Positions 59,610 to 64,000 of a stretch of 64,000 bases of DNA are shown in pieces (the first letter of the stretch is position 1; the number at the start of each line of letters is the position of its first letter). Where the stretch lies: positions 479,644 to 543,643 of the forward strand of contig CAVZPO010000023.1 in the NCBI GenBank assembly GCA_963777165.1, given 5' to 3'. The position numbers and the translations under genes are program-made. This stretch comes from an uncultured Chloroflexia bacterium. Lineage in GTDB: Bacteria > Chloroflexota > Anaerolineae > Anaerolineales > E44-bin32. The notes under the pieces were generated by a model. It was not told where the DNA came from. It was given only the letters and a program-made list of their open reading frames with translations, and did no database searches.

Positions 59610-60806
59610 TCAACCCAGACGTTGGCAGACAAGTCCTTTGAGGTAACGACCTTCGGGGAAACTCAGCGAGACCGGGTGGTCAAACGGCTGGCCGAGCCAC
59701 TCCACGATCACGGCCTCCGTGCCGGCGTCCGCGGCGGCGCCGGCCACGATCTTCTCGAACAACTCCGCCGAGACCCCACCGGAACATGAGAACGTGTACA
59801 GCCTGCCTCCCGGACGCAGCAATTTGAACGCCAGCAGGTTGATATCCTTGTACCCGCGCGCCGCACGCTCCGCCTGTGCAGCCGTGGCTGCGAATCGCGG
59901 GGGATCGAGGACGATGACGTCGAAACTGGCCGCACGATCGCGCAGCCTGCGCAGCTCGGCAAACGCATCCCCCTCCAGCCACTCACAAGCCGCCTCCGGC
60001 AGCGCATTGAGGCTGACATTTGCCCTTGCCAGCTCGAGAGCCTCGGCGGAGCTGTCGAGGGACAGGACGGATGCGGCGCCGCCCATCAGCGCGGCGACGG
60101 TGAACCCCCCGGTGTAGGCAAAGGCATTCAGCACCGATTGGCCGTCCAGGTGCCGCCGAAGGCGGGCGCGGTTCTCGCGCTGATCGAGGTAGAACCCGGT
60201 CTTCTGTCCGCCGCGCACATCGACCAGGTAGGCTACTCCCTGCTCCACGATCTCGACCCGCGTCGGCGGCTCCACGCCCGTCAGTACCCCGGTGCGCTGC
60301 ACCAACCCTTCCAACTCACGAACGCTGACGTCGGACCGCTCGTACACTCCGTTGCTTGACCCGTAAGCTGACAGCGCGTCCACAACCGCCTGACGCCAGT
60401 ATTCCGCACCGGCTGAGAGCAATTGAACGACGCGGAAGCCGGCATAGCGGTCGACGATCACGCCCGGGAGCCCGTCCGACTCGGCGTGAACCTCACGGTA
60501 GGCGTTCGTCCGCCCGTCGTCGTCGAGTGCCTGGCGCCTGGCCACGGCACGCTCCAAACGCGACGCCACGAATGCGGCATCGACCGGTTCGTCCTCTTCC
60601 CACGTCCACAGCCGCACGCGAATCTGGGACTGCGGTGAGTAAGCACCGCGCGCCACCCACGCCCCGGCGAAATCGGTCACTTCTACCGTGGCGCCCGGCT
60701 GCGGCGCGCCCTGGACGTCGGCCACCGCCCCGGAGAACACCCATGGGTGTCTCCTGAGGACCGATCGCTCACGACCCGGCTTCAATCGCACAACCTGGGT
60801 GCTCAT
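59610..60806 (-). CDS. rlmI: RlmI-like 23S rRNA (C1962) methyltransferase
   Basis: PUA-like RRHPWVFSGAV, ESDGLPGVIVDRY, GQKTGFYLDQRENR, VLNAFAYTGGF, LDPPRF, TFSCSG, PEGRYLKG. Confidence 0.88.
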   Translation of the reverse strand: MSTQVVRLKPGRERSVLRRHPWVFSGAVADVQGAPQPGATVEVTDFAGAWVARGAYSPQSQIRVRLWTWEEDEPVDAAFVASRLERAVARRQALDDDGRTNAYREVHAESDGLPGVIVDRYAGFRVVQLLSAGAEYWRQAVVDALSAYGSSNGVYERSDVSVRELEGLVQRTGVLTGVEPPTRVEIVEQGVAYLVDVRGGQKTGFYLDQRENRARLRRHLDGQSVLNAFAYTGGFTVAALMGGAASVLSLDSSAEALELARANVSLNALPEAACEWLEGDAFAELRRLRDRAASFDVIVLDPPRFAATAAQAERAARGYKDINLLAFKLLRPGGRLYTFSCSGGVSAELFEKIVAGAAADAGTEAVIVEWLGQPFDHPVSLSFPEGRYLKGLVCQRLG

Positions 60807-60924
60807 GCGTTCTCCGGCCGAGCTGTCCGCTCTGCCGCCCGATGAATCGCGACCCCACTCACATTGCGACGGCTCTCATGCAAAGACGCACCACGCGCGC
60901 CCAGTCTGGCCGCAGAGAGGAAGA

Positions 60925-63563
<2,639 letters not shown>

Positions 63564-63574
63564 CCCGGCACCTG

Positions 63575-64000
63575 TCAGGCGTCCGGCCAGACCGGATGGA
63601 ACATCAGCCAATCGTCCGCATAGGTCCGGATGATGGGCTCCATCCGGCGCAGTACCTCGCGTGCCAGGGCATGCGCGGCGGCTGCGGTGTGCTCGGTCGG
63701 GGGCTCCATCAGTTCGAGCGCCATGGCGCGATAGTGCCCCGGGCCATCAGGGATGATCACCCCCGGCAGGAGGTAGGAGTTCGTGCGGATCGCCAGTTTC
63801 GCGAACCCGATCGGAAGGTACGCATTGCGGCCGAAAAACTCGATCCACTCAGCCTGCGGAGCCGGGCGGTCCATGCCCGTACCCAGGATCCCTCCGTTGA
63901 GAAGGCGCTGGATCGCCAATCTGACTGAGTCCCGGGACGCCGGCGTGGTCTCCGCGCCGAATTTCGTCCGCAGGTCGTTTTGAAGCCGGTACGTGGCCGT
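63575..64000 (-). CDS. Lysophospholipid/lipid A-type acyltransferase family protein, 3' part (5' end outside the window)
   Basis: GILGTGMDRP, IEFFGRNAYLPIGFAKLA, MEPIIRTYADDWLMFHPVW. Confidence 0.8.
   Translation of the reverse strand, partial: TATYRLQNDLRTKFGAETTPASRDSVRLAIQRLLNGGILGTGMDRPAPQAEWIEFFGRNAYLPIGFAKLAIRTNSYLLPGVIIPDGPGHYRAMALELMEPPTEHTAAAAHALAREVLRRMEPIIRTYADDWLMFHPVWPDA

Overview
GC-rich (roughly two-thirds G+C by eye), densely coding bacterial chromosome segment. Gene content and style suggest Chloroflexota, probably Anaerolineae (inference only). Most of it is core or housekeeping: a polar amino-acid ABC transporter, tRNA-Leu(GAG), plsX-fabF, a class II aldolase, rsmD, sucCD, scpB-rluB, acpP, fni plus a polyprenyl synthase, ftsH, an acyl-CoA ligase, a class III aminotransferase, rlmI and ligA. 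I found no prophage, integrase, transposase or CRISPR array. The most striking element is the co-oriented cluster at 12-10551, closed by a terminator-like hairpin. It encodes a 1687-aa TPR scaffold translationally coupled to a TPR + C25/gingipain-like (clan CD) Cys protease with an intact His/Cys dyad. Next come an apparently catalytically dead GH-A-like barrel with a cell-wall-binding-like tail and an FtsZ outside any dcw cluster whose catalytic T7-loop Asp reads as His (NVDFAH). It ends with a ~75-aa protein that looks like a stand-alone copy of the protease's own C-terminal domain, and a small membrane protein. Other items of interest: a Ser/Thr kinase(PQQ)-PP2C-DnaJ/vWA-ZnR/FHA-Sm-like-response regulator operon, an SPFH-HTH fusion, two candidate structured RNAs (11622-11749 and 22081-22222), and an ~800-bp mosaic of GTAG-type REP palindromes (58810-59460). 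Frameshifts in ligA (two, both in G runs) and in the TIGR03663/NHL gene most likely reflect sequencing or assembly indels. The supplied ORF track labels 5072..7666 as minus strand, but the sequence shows it is on the plus strand.
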